The translations under genes and the position numbers were made by a program. Shown piece by piece: positions 24,958 to 48,792 of a stretch of 64,000 nucleotides of DNA. Source of the DNA: Psilocybe cubensis. Taxonomy: Eukaryota. Within the stretch, counting starts at the first letter, position 1. Each line of letters begins with the position of its first letter. The notes beneath the pieces are model-generated. The model worked only from the letters and a program-made list of their open reading frames with translations, ran no database searches and was not told the DNA's origin. The stretch covers positions 1,736,001-1,800,000 of the forward strand of contig CM039008.1 in NCBI GenBank assembly GCA_017499595.2, written 5' to 3'.

Positions 24958-27118
24958 CTAAGTCGGTTCCAGCAACCTAACTGATGGTCGAATCCACCGC
25001 CAAGGGTCCTTACTATCTGACTTCTCCGTCGTATAGACACCCTGGGAAGTCCCTCCAGTCTTTGGACATGGGCACGTATTGTCTGTATCCCTGTTGAGCG
25101 CTGTTGTTGGACAGAAATGGGTCATTACAAACGTGAAATCAAAGTTTTATGACGAGCTTACCTTTCTCCCTCATATCTTTGAATTCTGATACTCCATCAA
25201 CTTCGAAGTATCTATGGACGAGCAACCGGTCAATTCCCATTCGGGTTTGGGGACATGGATCCACAAGCTTGGTAAAAAAAGTTTTGAACGAGTCCCCATG
25301 GTCATTTAGGAGCACTACTAGTAGTGACTACTTACCCCACAGACAAGCTGTAATTCCAGCTCCAGATCACATTCTTCCACCGGAAAATATTTCTTGAAGT
25401 AAGCAAACCTTTTCTTGCGCTCCCTGTGAAAGTACGCCCACCCTTCTACATTGTCGGACGACAGAGCTTCCAGGAACTACCCATACAAGAAATCAGCAAA
25501 CGCATCAAAACAACAGCCAGACTAGTACATACATCGTAATTACCAACCACCATCTCCCAAAAAATCAAACCGAGTGCCCAGTAATCAACTTGATAGCTGA
25601 ACCTTGGCGGATCTTCAACACTCTCTGGAGCCATATACCCTTCTGTACCTCCATATTTGCGCCCATAGGCGACGGTGGCTTTGAGAGGTCCAACCTTTTT
25701 GGCGATACAGCTAAGACCAAAATCGCCGATTCTAACGTTCCGGCGAGCGTCTAGGAAGATATTGTCAGGCTTGATATCGGCGTGAATTACACCGATACTG
25801 TGGAGTGTGGCAATACCAATAGCCTGTGGAGAACATCACAAAACAAGGTTCATGAGCTACACTTAATACTCGGATGAAAACAAAAGGAGGGCCGAACTCA
25901 CACACTGAGCCATGATTCGACGTATATCGCCCTTCGAAATCTCAGTGGATGTCTTGTATCTACGGTCCAGGACATCTCCTAACGTTGTCGGCATTGCTGG
26001 CTGTATCAACAAGTAACTTCAGCAAAATATTAAGTGCGTACTTCATCAGATTACACACGCACCATAACTAATGCCCGTTCGCTGATACCAAGCATGTCCG
26101 TGAATGTCACAGCAGCTTCGAGCCACATAAGAAACTGGGCGCCTGGTTCCTCTTCCGAAACTGTTGCAATCCGGGCATACACTTCCCTCTCAGTCTCCAT
26201 TTGCACACCTCCATCTCTGGACATTATTACAGGGTTATGCCTTTTGAGAACAAGAACTTTGCCTCCTTCCCCTTCCACAAATTCCAAAGTTGTTGAGCCG
26301 AGCTCCGCTGAACTTGAATGCCAGCCTCCCGATCTTTTGGTCGCAATATTGGCCAAGAAAGTGAACGATAAAACTTTCCCATATACCGACTCGCTATTTC
26401 CTGTGGACCTACGAATCTTTGCTCCGTGAAAAATGTGATGTGGCAAAATGGAACTGTATTCCCTTAGCCGTGGGTCTAAACGATCCAGCAAAATGGCCAT
26501 TCGCTCAGCATCTTGTTCTAAGGGTGCCTCTTCTTCCTCGTCGTTTTCTCTGTCAACCCATACAATCTCTCGGTCTCCTTGATCCGATTCCCGATCTTCT
26601 TCTCCATGCTCTATTACTGCAGAGTCACCTTTTGAGATGTTATTTGTGATCGCTCTGGCAGGAAGTGACTCGCTCTGCTTTTCAGCTCCCGAAACCTCTT
26701 GATTGATCAATTCAGTGGAATCATTGTCTCCTGAGCTTATCAACCGCGTTGGAGAAGTCTCCAACCTTGTTGGCAATCCGCTATGCTTTAATCCTGTTAC
26801 CGCATTTTTTTCTGATTTGGAAACGGTGTCATTTTTGAAGGCAATTCCAAAACCATGGCTTTCGCTATTGTCATCTGCACGTTTCCGGGCCTGTGACGAG
26901 TTTGGTTTGACTGTTGTTGGTCGTACGTCGCCTTCATGTTTGGGATGCCCATAAATTAAGCGCCATGGCGGAATTGTTGGGGAACCCGGGTTACAACACG
27001 ATAGAAATGCATCGACATCAAAACCATCGTACTTTATCCCATGAGCGACAGCCTCATCCTGCACGTTGATGATGCCACTTATGGGTAATGCAACATAGGT
27101 ATCTTGCAAGGGATTCAT
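24958..27118 (-). CDS. Ser/Thr protein kinase, non-RD (HAD) type, copy 1, apparently intact
   Basis: VYGKV, VLVLK, ETEREVY, IHADIKPDNIFLD, IGDFGLS, GGTEGYMAPE, VDYWALG, LVDPCPQTR; spliced through to TAG at 24958-24960. Confidence 0.9.
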
Positions 27119-28233
27119 CTTGATGCGCAATGTTTATCTTTGTGGCTTTATTATAGATGTATGCAAGAGGATTCACTTGTTGACTATTTGCTGCGCGACT
27201 ACAGTGGTCGAAACCGATAGCCAGAGCCTCTGGAAGAGATGGAATGACGATGGCTTAGGAAAGAAGGGGAGGTTGGTCTGACTCAAGCTGTGAAGTGGCC
27301 CATCCACCGTCCTATCATACTTATTTGGAATTTGACCTCGCGACGCAACCTCTGTAATTAAGCGCGTGCCACTGATGCCCTTGATCACGGGACCGCGTTT
27401 TGTGTCTTGCCCTATGAGAGCTGGATTGAAGGATTGGAAATGATCTAACAAAGTAATTTAATAGTTACAGCAATCGCTGCTATGCCCACTGCCCCACTAG
27501 AAAGGGGATAACTTTACCAACTGAGAGCCGCTATGAAATACTCTCTGTTCTATGCTTTGGCACGGGCACCGCAACCTTTCGAGGTCCACATTGTTCTTCA
27601 AGTTTGTGTGACGGATCCTCTTTTTGTTTACTAACGACCTGGGCTTCAGAGAAATGTAGCAATATAATCATGACGGAGTATCGGATATACCACAATTCTT
27701 TGTGTCACAAAACCAAGACCGAAGCATGTCCATCAGATTATGATAGAGACTACAATATTGTAGAGCCGAATACCTTGAGATTGGCACTAATGGAATATCT
27801 TGCACGTCCCAGATAGCTGAAACTTGGCTGAAACAACCTCAACTGAGCCTCAATAGATAAGTGCTATCCTTCTTAGGTTAAGTGCAGTTGGAAGAATGGA
27901 GACCAAGGAAGCTGCCAAGTACTCTTCCCCTCAACTTTAACCCTCGAATCCACAAAAATATGGAAATACAATCTGCAAAACGAGTGGAAGTAGGTGACTA
28001 TTTTAGTATCCTCCAAACTGTGATTTTTTTTCTCCTGCGGGCAAACAAAGGCTGTCAATATTTGCCTGCGACGTACCAAAGTCCATCAGTACACGGACAT
28101 TGAAATCGAAAAACCCCGACCTTTAAATCCGCACCAAACGGATAAATCTCTTGCGGAAATTCCCGGGTCTTGCAGAATGATAGAGGGCGTTGTGATATAA
28201 AGACGTGCTAGTATATCTGCCATGTAAGTTTAT

Positions 28234-29413
28234 ATGATGACTATCATTTCACAAGACCCCATTATCCTTGCAGATCTTGACACTCAGACATTGCTCACGA
28301 GGTATGTTCTCGTTGGATGCAGTTCGGTGGGCGCCTATTTTTGCTCTTTGATAACACCCACTTTGGAGTGCACTGACCGATTGACTGAAAAGGTCATCAT
28401 TTGGGACATCCTTGCCAATCTGAAAAATGATCATACATTGCTGTTCAAGCACAAAATTAAATATCCAACGGTCGTATATGTCCTTTCAAGGTTAGTAATA
28501 TCGTCCATCGTAGTAATCATCTATTGTTTTATCGTGTCCCAATGTCTGTTTTCCTCCCAGGTTATCAACTTTGAGTTATATACTCATAGGCACTATTTTT
28601 GATAGTAAGCTTCCTTCCTTTAAGTTTCAACGATAAGTATGTGGCAGCTAACAGTACCATTTTTCCTCTGTTTTAGCGGCACCACTCGAAGATTGCAACA
28701 AATGGGTTAGGGCATCACATTTATTGATGACAGCAGCCATCTCTTCTACAGCCCTTCTCTTCTACTTCCGTCTGACAGCCATATACCAAGGAAACAAGTA
28801 CATAAGAGTTTTTTTTGCTCTCCTTTGGGTTCTTGTATTCGTCGGTTTTTTTGTTACCTTTCATGGTGTTGAAGCGCAGTCGGCATCTGTTGGCAATAGC
28901 GTGTCTTCAAAATTCTGTATGACTACCGCATTGTCGCGCCATGTGGCCCTCGACTACGTGCTCCCTCTCTTACATGATACCCTCGTCTTCCTTGCGATAT
29001 CTTGGAGGCTTGCGCAGAATTCTGTGCAAAAACCAAGTCTCCATACTGGGTTTCGGGCTGTGATTTTTGGTAATTATATGCCGAAGTTTTCAAGAGCGTT
29101 GTATCAGGATGGTCAGATATACTACCTGTGAGCATTGCTCGTTAAATTGTTTTACAAAAAGTACTCACCGTTTTTAATCAGAACTACCGTCACCACTGGT
29201 CTCCTGGCCTTCGTAATGTTCCTTATACCACACTCACAGGATACATTCAAGGCTACGTTCATCGTGCCAAATATAATGCTTATGAACATAATGGCCTGCT
29301 ACGTCTTCAGAAAGACCAAGTTTGGAGTTTTCCCCGAAACCGGAATCTCTACCGTCAACTATTCTCAGTCTATCCCTCTCACTTTCGAAAGAAATGTAAT
29401 TACATCATCATAA
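28234..29413 (+). CDS. DUF6533-like multi-pass (about 7 TM) membrane protein, copy 1
   Basis: RYVLVG..IWDILANL..D..LL...PTVVYVLSR, LLFYFRLTAIY, HDTLVFLAISWRL, LYQDGQIYYL, NIMACYVFRKTK; 5 exons. Confidence 0.8.
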
Positions 29414-30031
29414 CCCATAATCCTATCATCTATCCCGTGCACTCCGCGAATGCCTGACGATCATGGTTGCCTTCTCACTTTCAAAGTCGAGTCCGTCTAA
29501 AAATAGACGGCTTTTCTTGGTCATTATCGGGGAAACGGAGATCGAGGCTCGAGCAGCGTTGGTTCAGGGAGCAGGAAGCAGGGGTATGATCCTATTTTTG
29601 ATTTTTTGGAGATGGATATCACGGCACACGGTCTCCTCTAGCAGAACAGTCGCAGCACTACAGCGGCATAATTTATCGTTTAACCTCATAATAGTACGTA
29701 CAATGAATACACCTCGATGTCGGACAACTCGATGCTATAGTTTCAAAGTAATTTACCCAGTGAATGACAAGTGCCAGTGCGTCCGAACGTGTTTCCCTCA
29801 ATACCGGCTCTACTTATTCATACATTCGCTCGTCACTGCGACCGTTAAAAATCATGTATTTAAGGATGCCTGACAGCTGAATTTGCAAGGTGCTTTGTGA
29901 TCGGATCGATGCTTCTATTTTATGATTTGTCGACACTCAATATAGGCCTGGCTTCCAGCGAACATTTCGGTTTCCCCTCTTTCTTCATTGCCCTTAGCTA
30001 TTGAGGGTGTGGCCAGGACGCCTTCTCTTAC

Positions 30032-31168
30032 ATGGGAATGATATACGCATCAAACATCACATCTAATAGCCAGCAGATTCTCAACCCCGCCACGCCCACG
30101 GCGTACCTTCGTCCTGACGAGGCATTCCAGGTTGTAATCACAACATATGTCATAGTTGCTTCCTGTGGGGTGAGTCCTACAGTACTACTACAATGTTCAC
30201 GCAATTTCAATATTCGCAGGTTTTCATCTGGGATGTCATCACTAACTTGGGGAACGACTACACGCTGGTGTCAAAATATCCTGTGAGGTTTCCGACGATT
30301 GTATACGTGCTATCCAGGTCCGAGGATTCCTACTTTATACGATGTCAGCCATTTTGACGTACAATAGATTGGCTACGTTTGGATATGTCCTTGCAGCAAC
30401 AATATACCAAAGTATGATGCTCCCTCATTTTATAATCGCCAATTTCGCGGTCCTTAAATGGATTTCTTTCAGCCGCGCCAGTGGGAAACTGCGCTCGGTT
30501 TGAGATGGCGTTGAACGCCTTCAACACACTCGCAATTCCTATCACATCCATCCTTTTCTTCATCCGTGTGAGGGCCATCTATGAAAACGAGAGGTATATC
30601 TCCATCTTCTTTTCGATCATGTGGCTAGCTGTCTTCGCCGGGAGTTTGTCAACAACGTTCGGTGTCACTGGAATATCGATTGGCCCTACCCGCTACTGCA
30701 TGATCAGCAAAATGTCGCCTTACGTCGTCGCTGCCGGGGTGGTTCCCCTCGTGAACGACACCCTTATATTCTTTGCAATATCTTGGCGCTTGACAAAAAA
30801 CTCTCTGCACCATCTGGATTTCCAAGTCGGGTTCCGGGCCATTGTGTTTGGTGACTACATGCCAGTATTCTCGAGGTCGTTGCTGCAGGACGGACAGAAG
30901 TATTACTTGTAAGCATTTTTATTTTTATTTTGCTTTTACGGTCAATTTATCATCCTACGGTCGTGAACGTAGGACAACTGTTTCTTGTGGCCTTGTAGCA
31001 GTAGTTCTGCTCACTGCCAGCACTATTCCTGTTACATATAGAACAATACTGATTGTTCCTAATTGCATTCTCACAAACATTATGGCTTGTGGAGTTTTTA
31101 GGAGGACAAAATTCACACATTTAACAGAGGGTAGTGGGACACCAACCTCTCTTTCATTTCTTGTATAG
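30032..31168 (+). CDS. DUF6533-like multi-pass membrane protein, copy 2 (tandem paralog)
   Basis: Same motifs (IWDV, PTIVYVLSR, FFIRVRAIY, NDTLIFFAISWRL, LLQDGQKYYL, NIMACGVFRRTK) and the same intron positions as copy 1. Confidence 0.8.
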
Positions 31169-31894
31169 CATCTTGTACAATATATCCACGTTGACAAAGG
31201 ACAATCAAGCACCTTGATAGAAATTTCACTGTATGATAACAGATGGCGAACTACATCCTTGAAGACCTTGTCAAAATACCACAGTTAAAGCACACTAAGA
31301 TTGCAATACTTGCAACCAAAAAAAAGCAAACTACAAAATATACCAAGTTGCCTAAAGAAGACATGAATTAAAGACTTGTTTCTGTTTGCTGTATTCAACC
31401 TTACAATTAAATAATTGTGAGATTAAGTATAGCAGCAAAGAGATAAAAGTCCTCAAAAGAAGAGGATCCCCCGACGACACAAGCCGGTAGTGCAGCAGCA
31501 AGGTCATCGCGTCCAAGGGGTGCAAGCAGAGCCCGAGGAGCTGGGGCGGCAAAAATAAGATAACCAAGAATGGAGCCGGTGGCTCCATAATAGTGGTTAA
31601 ACTATTAAGAACAGATACTACACTTGATCTAAGCCAAAAGGCCAGAGTGGTAAGGATTCAAAATGTTCGCACGTCCGTTATATAGTAGCGGGATGTGCAC
31701 GGACCAAGAGCGGGATTTCCTTGCACGTGATGGCCAGAATAGCCCCCGACAGCTGCGGTATTTCCCTTTTAGTATGTTCCACGTTCGCCGCGTCGGCGTT
31801 GAATTAGCGCCCAACTGTTAGTCGATCTTGATCATAACATAAATTGTTATAAACAACCGATTGATCGACCTCTACACTATGTATAATTCCCTGA

Positions 31895-34051
31895 TTACAA
31901 GAAATTATATTTCGTCAAAAAACGTTCGAATTCTTTCCTTCCTATTCCACCATCCGCCGCCCAAGTATTCGCGAGCTTCGGCTTCATATTTGCAGCATTT
32001 TTGCGTATCTCTGTTCCTCTCTCTGCGCGTAAGTCATCAATGACCCGCCGTATTTCAATCCCGAAAGCCTCGCGAGACCCCTTGGCCTGACGTCCATTGC
32101 GTCGTAGAGGTTTTAAACCCGATGCTCCTGTTCTGACTTCAATGAGTTCTATGCCTACTTTGAGGTTTTCACTAATATGTGCGGCGCCATAAGGTTGATC
32201 AGCGTGGAAAGGCCAACACAGCCTATTTATTGAAGTTAGTCCTTACAGGCCGATTATGCATATCAATTCTGAAGTACTTACATAGGAATCCCACTAGCTA
32301 GCGACTCCATTACGCTATTGTGTCCACAATGCGAGATGAACCAACCGGTAGCCTGAGTAAAAATCTCAAGTGGAATGAAGCAAAGCTTGCAGTAGTAACT
32401 ACTTACTGGGTGGTTCAGAATAAACTGTTGAGGGAGCCACTTAGATACAAGACCTATGCCGGACCCTTGGACTTTGTTGATGATTTCTTCCGAAAGGTTA
32501 GCTATGTGAGATGCATAGCAAAGAAGCTGTAGTCGACCATGGTCAATTCTGCTGCTTGTGTCATGTCAAAATGCCTTACAAATGGGATATTCTTTTCAAT
32601 AAAAGCTTCGATTGCTTCTTCGATATAATCTTGCGAGGTGGGCCAAAACACAGTACCAAAAGATAACTGGATCAAGATCCTTGAACTCCGGTCTACGCTC
32701 ACAATGCCAAACATTACTCACGAAGATGACTGAGTTTTCGCCGTGTTCTTTTAGCACTTTGTCGAGGAAATCTCTAGTTTCCTTGGATCCACGGTCGCTT
32801 TCCTCGAGTATGCCATACCCAGAAGGTAGCAAGGGCCCAATGATGTACGCATCTTTATTCCATTCCGACAACCAAGCCTTTAGTCCATCCATGGACTCCT
32901 CTTCAAAGGAATGGGTGGATGTGACCAAAACATCGTCAGCTTCTTTGATACTTCTACATATACCATCACACAATACTGTGGAAAATAGAACAGTGACAGC
33001 TCACCGATGACCAAATTTCACGATGGTAGAAAGAGGGACTTCAACAGGTTGAGGGAGCTAAACCAGAAAGTACATAAATTACAAGCTGAGCCAACTCGGG
33101 AGTCTTTGACAGGAACGAAGGTAACTTTGCGACTTACAATCTGGGGAAACAACTCCCAATCGTACATCTCCACCAGCCCCGGTACTTTAACAATGGTTCC
33201 AATCGAGGTGTCCAGTAGCTTGAAAATTTGTTTAGAGGTTTCACTATTCTTTAAAAATTGTGAAAATAGCATCCTTACAGAATCACCAAGTTCCAAAGGG
33301 GAAACCCCCAAGCGCGCGGCTTCTGTCTTCATTTTGGCACCTAAATCACCTATTCCACCGAAATGCTCGGGGCCCATTGAACGAATCACGTTCGAAACAT
33401 GACCCGTTATCCATGCAATAATTGGTACGGACGTTCCTGATATCGCCCGTGTTACTTGGAGTATCGGATAAGCCATGTACTATGCAGGTATTAAAGTAAA
33501 TACATGTAGGAGTCGAAAAAGAACATTGCATACGTCAATAACCACAACATTGGGGGGTGTAACACCATCAAAGATAGTGCCCGTCACCGCACAGGTAAGC
33601 GCCTTGCCTTGGATAAGAGCAGGGTAATACTCTGATGCATATGCTTGGGCGTGTACCCTGAACAACTCGACAAGTCTTAATTTCTGGTGCTTGATGGAAG
33701 AAAGAATGCTGAAATGAATTTAATAAACATTTGTTTAAGTTGGCTCTGTTTATCTCACCGAACTCGTCGAATAACGCTGTCGGGCACCGCACCGCGAAAT
33801 TCCGCCTCAACCTCAGCTTGAGCGTTCTTGATCAAGTTTGGGGTGAGCAGCAAAGTCACAAGCGCATGTTCGTCCTCCTTGACAATTCGGGCCGCTAGGT
33901 TACAGAAAGATCTGGTATGACCTAGTAAGTAAGAACAAAAAAAAAACCTCGTTATCTATCCAATCTTTGGTTGACCGAAGAAAGCAAGATTACCCCACGC
34001 TGGAATGGAAGAAAACAGAAAGTGAGGGTTTTTCTTATGGGAAGAAGACAT
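31895..34051 (-). CDS. UDP-glycosyltransferase (GT1 family)
   Basis: N-terminal PAW/GHTR with the catalytic His, SFGTVFWP, and a PSPG-like box PQQFILNHP/ATGWFISHCGHNSVMESLASGIP..CWPFHADQ; multi-exon. Confidence 0.92.
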
Positions 34052-35209
34052 TGTGCAACAGTGTAACAGACCTGGAGTGGTGCATGAAAGTGCGCCTTGG
34101 ATTATATAGATTTGGTTACTTTGGCGAGTAAAATAGAAAGCAGGGTTTTGGGGTCTCGTTGCGCAGGATCTGTTCGATATCGAAGTCTGTCTAGAAGAAA
34201 TGACCTTCGGCACACTGAGCTCGGTAGCGAATAGGAGGTGTCGATACAAGGTAACAGAACGCGTTCGATGGTTAATATTCAATCGTCATCGAAAATTTAT
34301 GCGACATCGAATGTGCAAAATATTCACACTACCTGTCTAATGCTATACTTGCTCACGGAAGATACTCTTGCCGCGATCGCTTATAGAGCGTCCCGCATAA
34401 TTTGCATAGCACCATATTTAAAAATGTACTTACAAAGGATGGTCTGCTATGATATGAATAATATCCATCCAATTCAGGTTCATCTTGAGTCATAGTCGTC
34501 GTTAGCTTTGGTGAATTGCTTCTAGGTCCTGATTGTGTAATTTTAAGTCTGCATTAGAGAGTGTGATATTGGTGTCAAATAGGTTTAATTACTACTTGAT
34601 CTCACCATTCACATTGTCCTTGCTCGTTGGCATTGTAAGAAAGTTAGATGGAGCTCACGGGTGCTGATAGTGCCTCTTTTTTTTGCTCCTGTGTCATCCG
34701 CCATCCTCGTCTAGGCAGGTGAAAACCCTCCAAGAAAGATTGCAAATGAAATCCTCAGCACCCGTCAACAACACGTTCAGAAGTACTAAGGTTGGGCACC
34801 GCCTTTTCTTGGGAATGGTGTACGACAAATTAGTTGTATGATTGCTTGTACACGTGCGGCTTTCCTGGACATCATCTGTGTCAGAGTAGAATGTGCCCAT
34901 GATAAGGAACAATTGTGCAAGTTCAGGTTGTGCTCGTCAACGGAAGATCGTGGTGGTTGCCGTCAAAGTTGATAGCCGAGACACGACCCCTCTTGTCACT
35001 CTCTTGATATCAAACAGTCAAACTCCGGACAGCCTTACACTCAAGTTTTGTGGCCAACTCTCTATTTGACTTGTACTCAATATTGAGGTGGCGAACAGAG
35101 CCAAGGAAGAGAGCGCTGAAGATTCACCATGTTATAAGTGGATCGACCTCTTCCACGACACAGAAAATACGACTACAGAGGCACATCCATTCGACGTCGG
35201 AGAGTTATT

Positions 35210-43183
<7,974 letters not shown>

Positions 43184-43863
43184 CGAAACGGCTACCAAAA
43201 TTGATCTTTCTTTTTTAATTTATTTTTCATTGGATGTATATTTAATGGCGCTGTCGATTTTCTTTCGTCTATTTCCATCTTTGTCTTCATATCATACACC
43301 ATTTTTTATTCTATCGCATTTTCATCTTTCAACAATTTATATGCCATGCAAATCTTAAGAAAGGTTTATAGCGTCTGTCGAATAATAGATGATCAGATGA
43401 GTAGCGCTTTCCATCAGTCAAAAAGATTGGGGTTGATCCATGCCCACTCGTCGCCGTTTGACGACTTGTCTGAAATGGTCATGTCGAACCCATTGAGTGC
43501 CTGATTTGTTGGATCGTGACAATTTCTGGCCTTGCCAGTGTTATACTTAGTAGGATGAATTCGGTGAATATATCACCCACAGTGCACACTACAAAAAGGA
43601 TGTTGTCGAAAAAAATCTCCCCATTCTTGAAATTCTTAGCACTGGTCTTTAAATTCTTTTTCGAAGTATTTCTGAAGGAGCAATCCATCGAACCCGATTG
43701 AATCATTGGGAAAAAATCGAGAAGCTGAAGATTAAACCAACCCAGTCATTCATTTTAATCAATTTTAATTCAAATTGTATTCAAAATTATACTACATCTT
43801 CTACAATTATACTACAATACTTAAAGCGATACATTAATCCAAAAGCCGAAATCCCCTGGTATC

Positions 43864-45920
<2,057 letters not shown>

Positions 45921-47236
45921 TGTTGTATATCTGTTCGGCCACAGGTAGTATGGATGGGTGATTGGCCTGTGAAAATGCCACAACTCGATCTTCTATGAAT
46001 TGGTGGGTCGTGCAAGGAAGGGATCAAAATAATATGGCCTGGATGGACGAGTAGTTGTTGAACAACTCAACCTCTTCACCCGTTTTCTTGGGAGTAAAAG
46101 GGATCACCGTGAAGGAGCAATTAGTTATTCAGAAGGGGGCCAATTTTCATTGTTCGACTGCGTTCGATATAGGGAACGTGACTTGGCAATTAACACGATC
46201 GCGTTTTGCACGGGACCGCGTTCCTCTCGTTCTGTTATCTTCTCGACTGTGTTCTGTGTAAATGACTACTCCTCTGTGATTCCAGCCCACGGAGTCTATT
46301 GAATATGAGCTGAATAGGCATTGCAGAATGAACATTGAATTCTAATTTTTATGCGGTGTTACAAGAAGATATGAAAGCTTTTGTCTTATTCGAATGTCGT
46401 AGTCAGATGTTAGCCGGCCTCAATTTCGGAAAATGCAGGATTGATCCATGTATAGAATTCCTTTTGCTTTTTTAAAAAATTCATTTATTGTCCTTTGAGG
46501 TAATTCCTTATATGTTATTACTTTTTTTATTTCTTTTGCTTCACACATGACTACCACAGTACCACTCCATCATACTTCACAATTTGGTGTCCCGGTGTAG
46601 CCTTGCGAGGTTCGAGACGGGAGAATTTCGCTACGAAGTCCAAATGATCTAATTATCAAGGAGACAGAACGTCGTTCTCATACCGTTTCATCTACCTAAA
46701 TGAACTTTCTCTTACGTTCTCCTGTCAGAGCTCGGTCGGTGCATCTTTGTCGGAACATCTTTGAATCATTCACAGATGTTCCACAATCTCAATTAAAACC
46801 TCCGAGAGAAACCTCCAAAATGGAAGTGGAGAATCAGTCGAAAAGAAAACACACTAAATGGGACTGTGGTTGCCTAAATCCAGACATCTCTGTACTGTCA
46901 CTGCAACGATATGACGCACGGCACGGCCCTGTCGCAATCAATAAAAGCTATCTGAGTAGTTGCCTTGTTCAATGTTGTACTGCTTTTCTGCTTAAGAATA
47001 GCAATCCAATGTTTCTGCAAAGCGTAGGCACACCGTGGTTCGGCGAAGATATCCGGCAAATAGAAGTGTGATTCCATACAATGTGCAGCTCATCGTTTGG
47101 CTCAGGAAGGGTGGAAAGATAATGGGGTGACTACATTCCGTAAAAAATTCAGATACTATGTTACTTTGTGACAAAAGATTTAATGTGGTTTTCCGGCTCT
47201 TCTCCATGCATCATATTTAGCTAGAAATTACAACTG

Positions 47237-48792
47237 CTAGGTCACTCGACGTACAAGTAACCGCGAAAATGCGGCAAAGGGTCGAAAAAATAAACGAGGA
47301 ACAAAAAGAATCGCTCTCACCGTCAATCGGAAGAAGTAAACGCCATACGTGCCATATGGAACATGTCTGTTCAGATAGTAAAGAAAACGCAAATAGAGCG
47401 AGGATCGATCATCCCGATAATCTGCCCACTGATTCACAAAATCATCAGGAAGGTCTTTCCACAAATCAGTTTCGCAGTATGCAGGTGGGCGTGGGGCGCG
47501 ATCGGTATACAAGGTTCGCAAACCTGCCGCAGTTGGAAGGATGCCTTCCGCAAAGGAAAGGGCCTCCTTGGCCGTAAATCTTTTGTCCAGCCGAGAAGTC
47601 ACCATCCGATCAATGAGAGGTGCAATAAGTGGCACATCCTTGACTATGTGCTGAACATGAGGTTAGGGAGTAGTTTGTTTGTTATAAATAATTACAGTAC
47701 CTGGAACGTGTCGCTAAACCAAATTCCAAGCAGAGCAACATCATATTTGAATGGGTCGTAATCGACGTGTCCGTGAAGAGTTTCGAAGGGAGGGAAATCT
47801 CCGATTACATCCGCCCCAAGTATACCGAGTCGAGGATTGGGACCGTATCTCTCCTCATCCAACAGGATCGAGAAGTCAAAATCCGATAAGACGCATACCA
47901 AAGCGCCTTGCTGCAGCAGGTGCTTTCTGAATGGATTGATTGGCATGCCTAACAGCCCTGCATTCGAAAAGTGGTTGATCAACATGTTCCTGCTGCATAA
48001 ATCCTAGGAAGCAGAAAGTGAGCCAAAACGTATGAAAGGTGGACATTGCAAACATACGTGATGAAAGATCCTGTTTTCATGAAGAAATGTGAGGGCCTGT
48101 ATAAACCGCTGGGTTAGAATTTCATGGGGATAATGCAGAAGGCAATTACCTTCAGTAGAAATATAATCTGTTGTACACAGACCTCCGGTGTTGGAAACGG
48201 TACCGAGTTCCAAGTGATATCCCACCTTGACAGATGTGTGGTTTAACCGACTATATTAATCAATTCGGTGTAGATATTGCTGACCTTGGCATGACTGCAA
48301 ACCAATGACCCTCGCAAGGTAGAAGATCAAGAATGGGTATTATAGCAGTAAAAGTCTCCCTCTTCTTGAGCTCAGGCCGGCTTGCGAGCAAATGGAGGAT
48401 TTTATCCTCCTCAGAACCTCCTTTAACAAGCTTGATCACCACATGTCTCCCTTCTGTATCCTGCGCAAACATTACGCGTCCCTAATTGGTAAAAATCGGA
48501 ATTGTCAATAGTTGGGTCAGATAAAGAGGGGAAATTCAGAGACAGTATATAGACCCAGTTCATACAAATCGTCGTCACGTTTGTTGTGGTAATCCCCTCC
48601 CATATACGCATACGGGAATGGGTCCTCCGCTTCAAATTCTTTCTTTCGTACATTCAATCTTGGGTGTGGGTTGTATGGAATGGTTGACGTGGCATAGGGA
48701 ACGATACAGGGATCATCGAAGATGGTCAGGCGGTAAAGATGATATCCTCTTTCTGCGAACCACTCTCGCATGGAATCCCAAAACACCAGCAA
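47237..48792 (-). CDS. Agaricomycete-type (AgaK1-like) protein kinase; 5' end uncertain and lies further upstream
   Basis: FAQDTEGRHVVIKLV, WFAVMPR/W, LTFLHENRIFHH/DLCSRNMLIN, LSDFDFS, YDPFKYDVALLG, PLIAPLIDRMVT..KRFTAKEAL. Confidence 0.85.
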
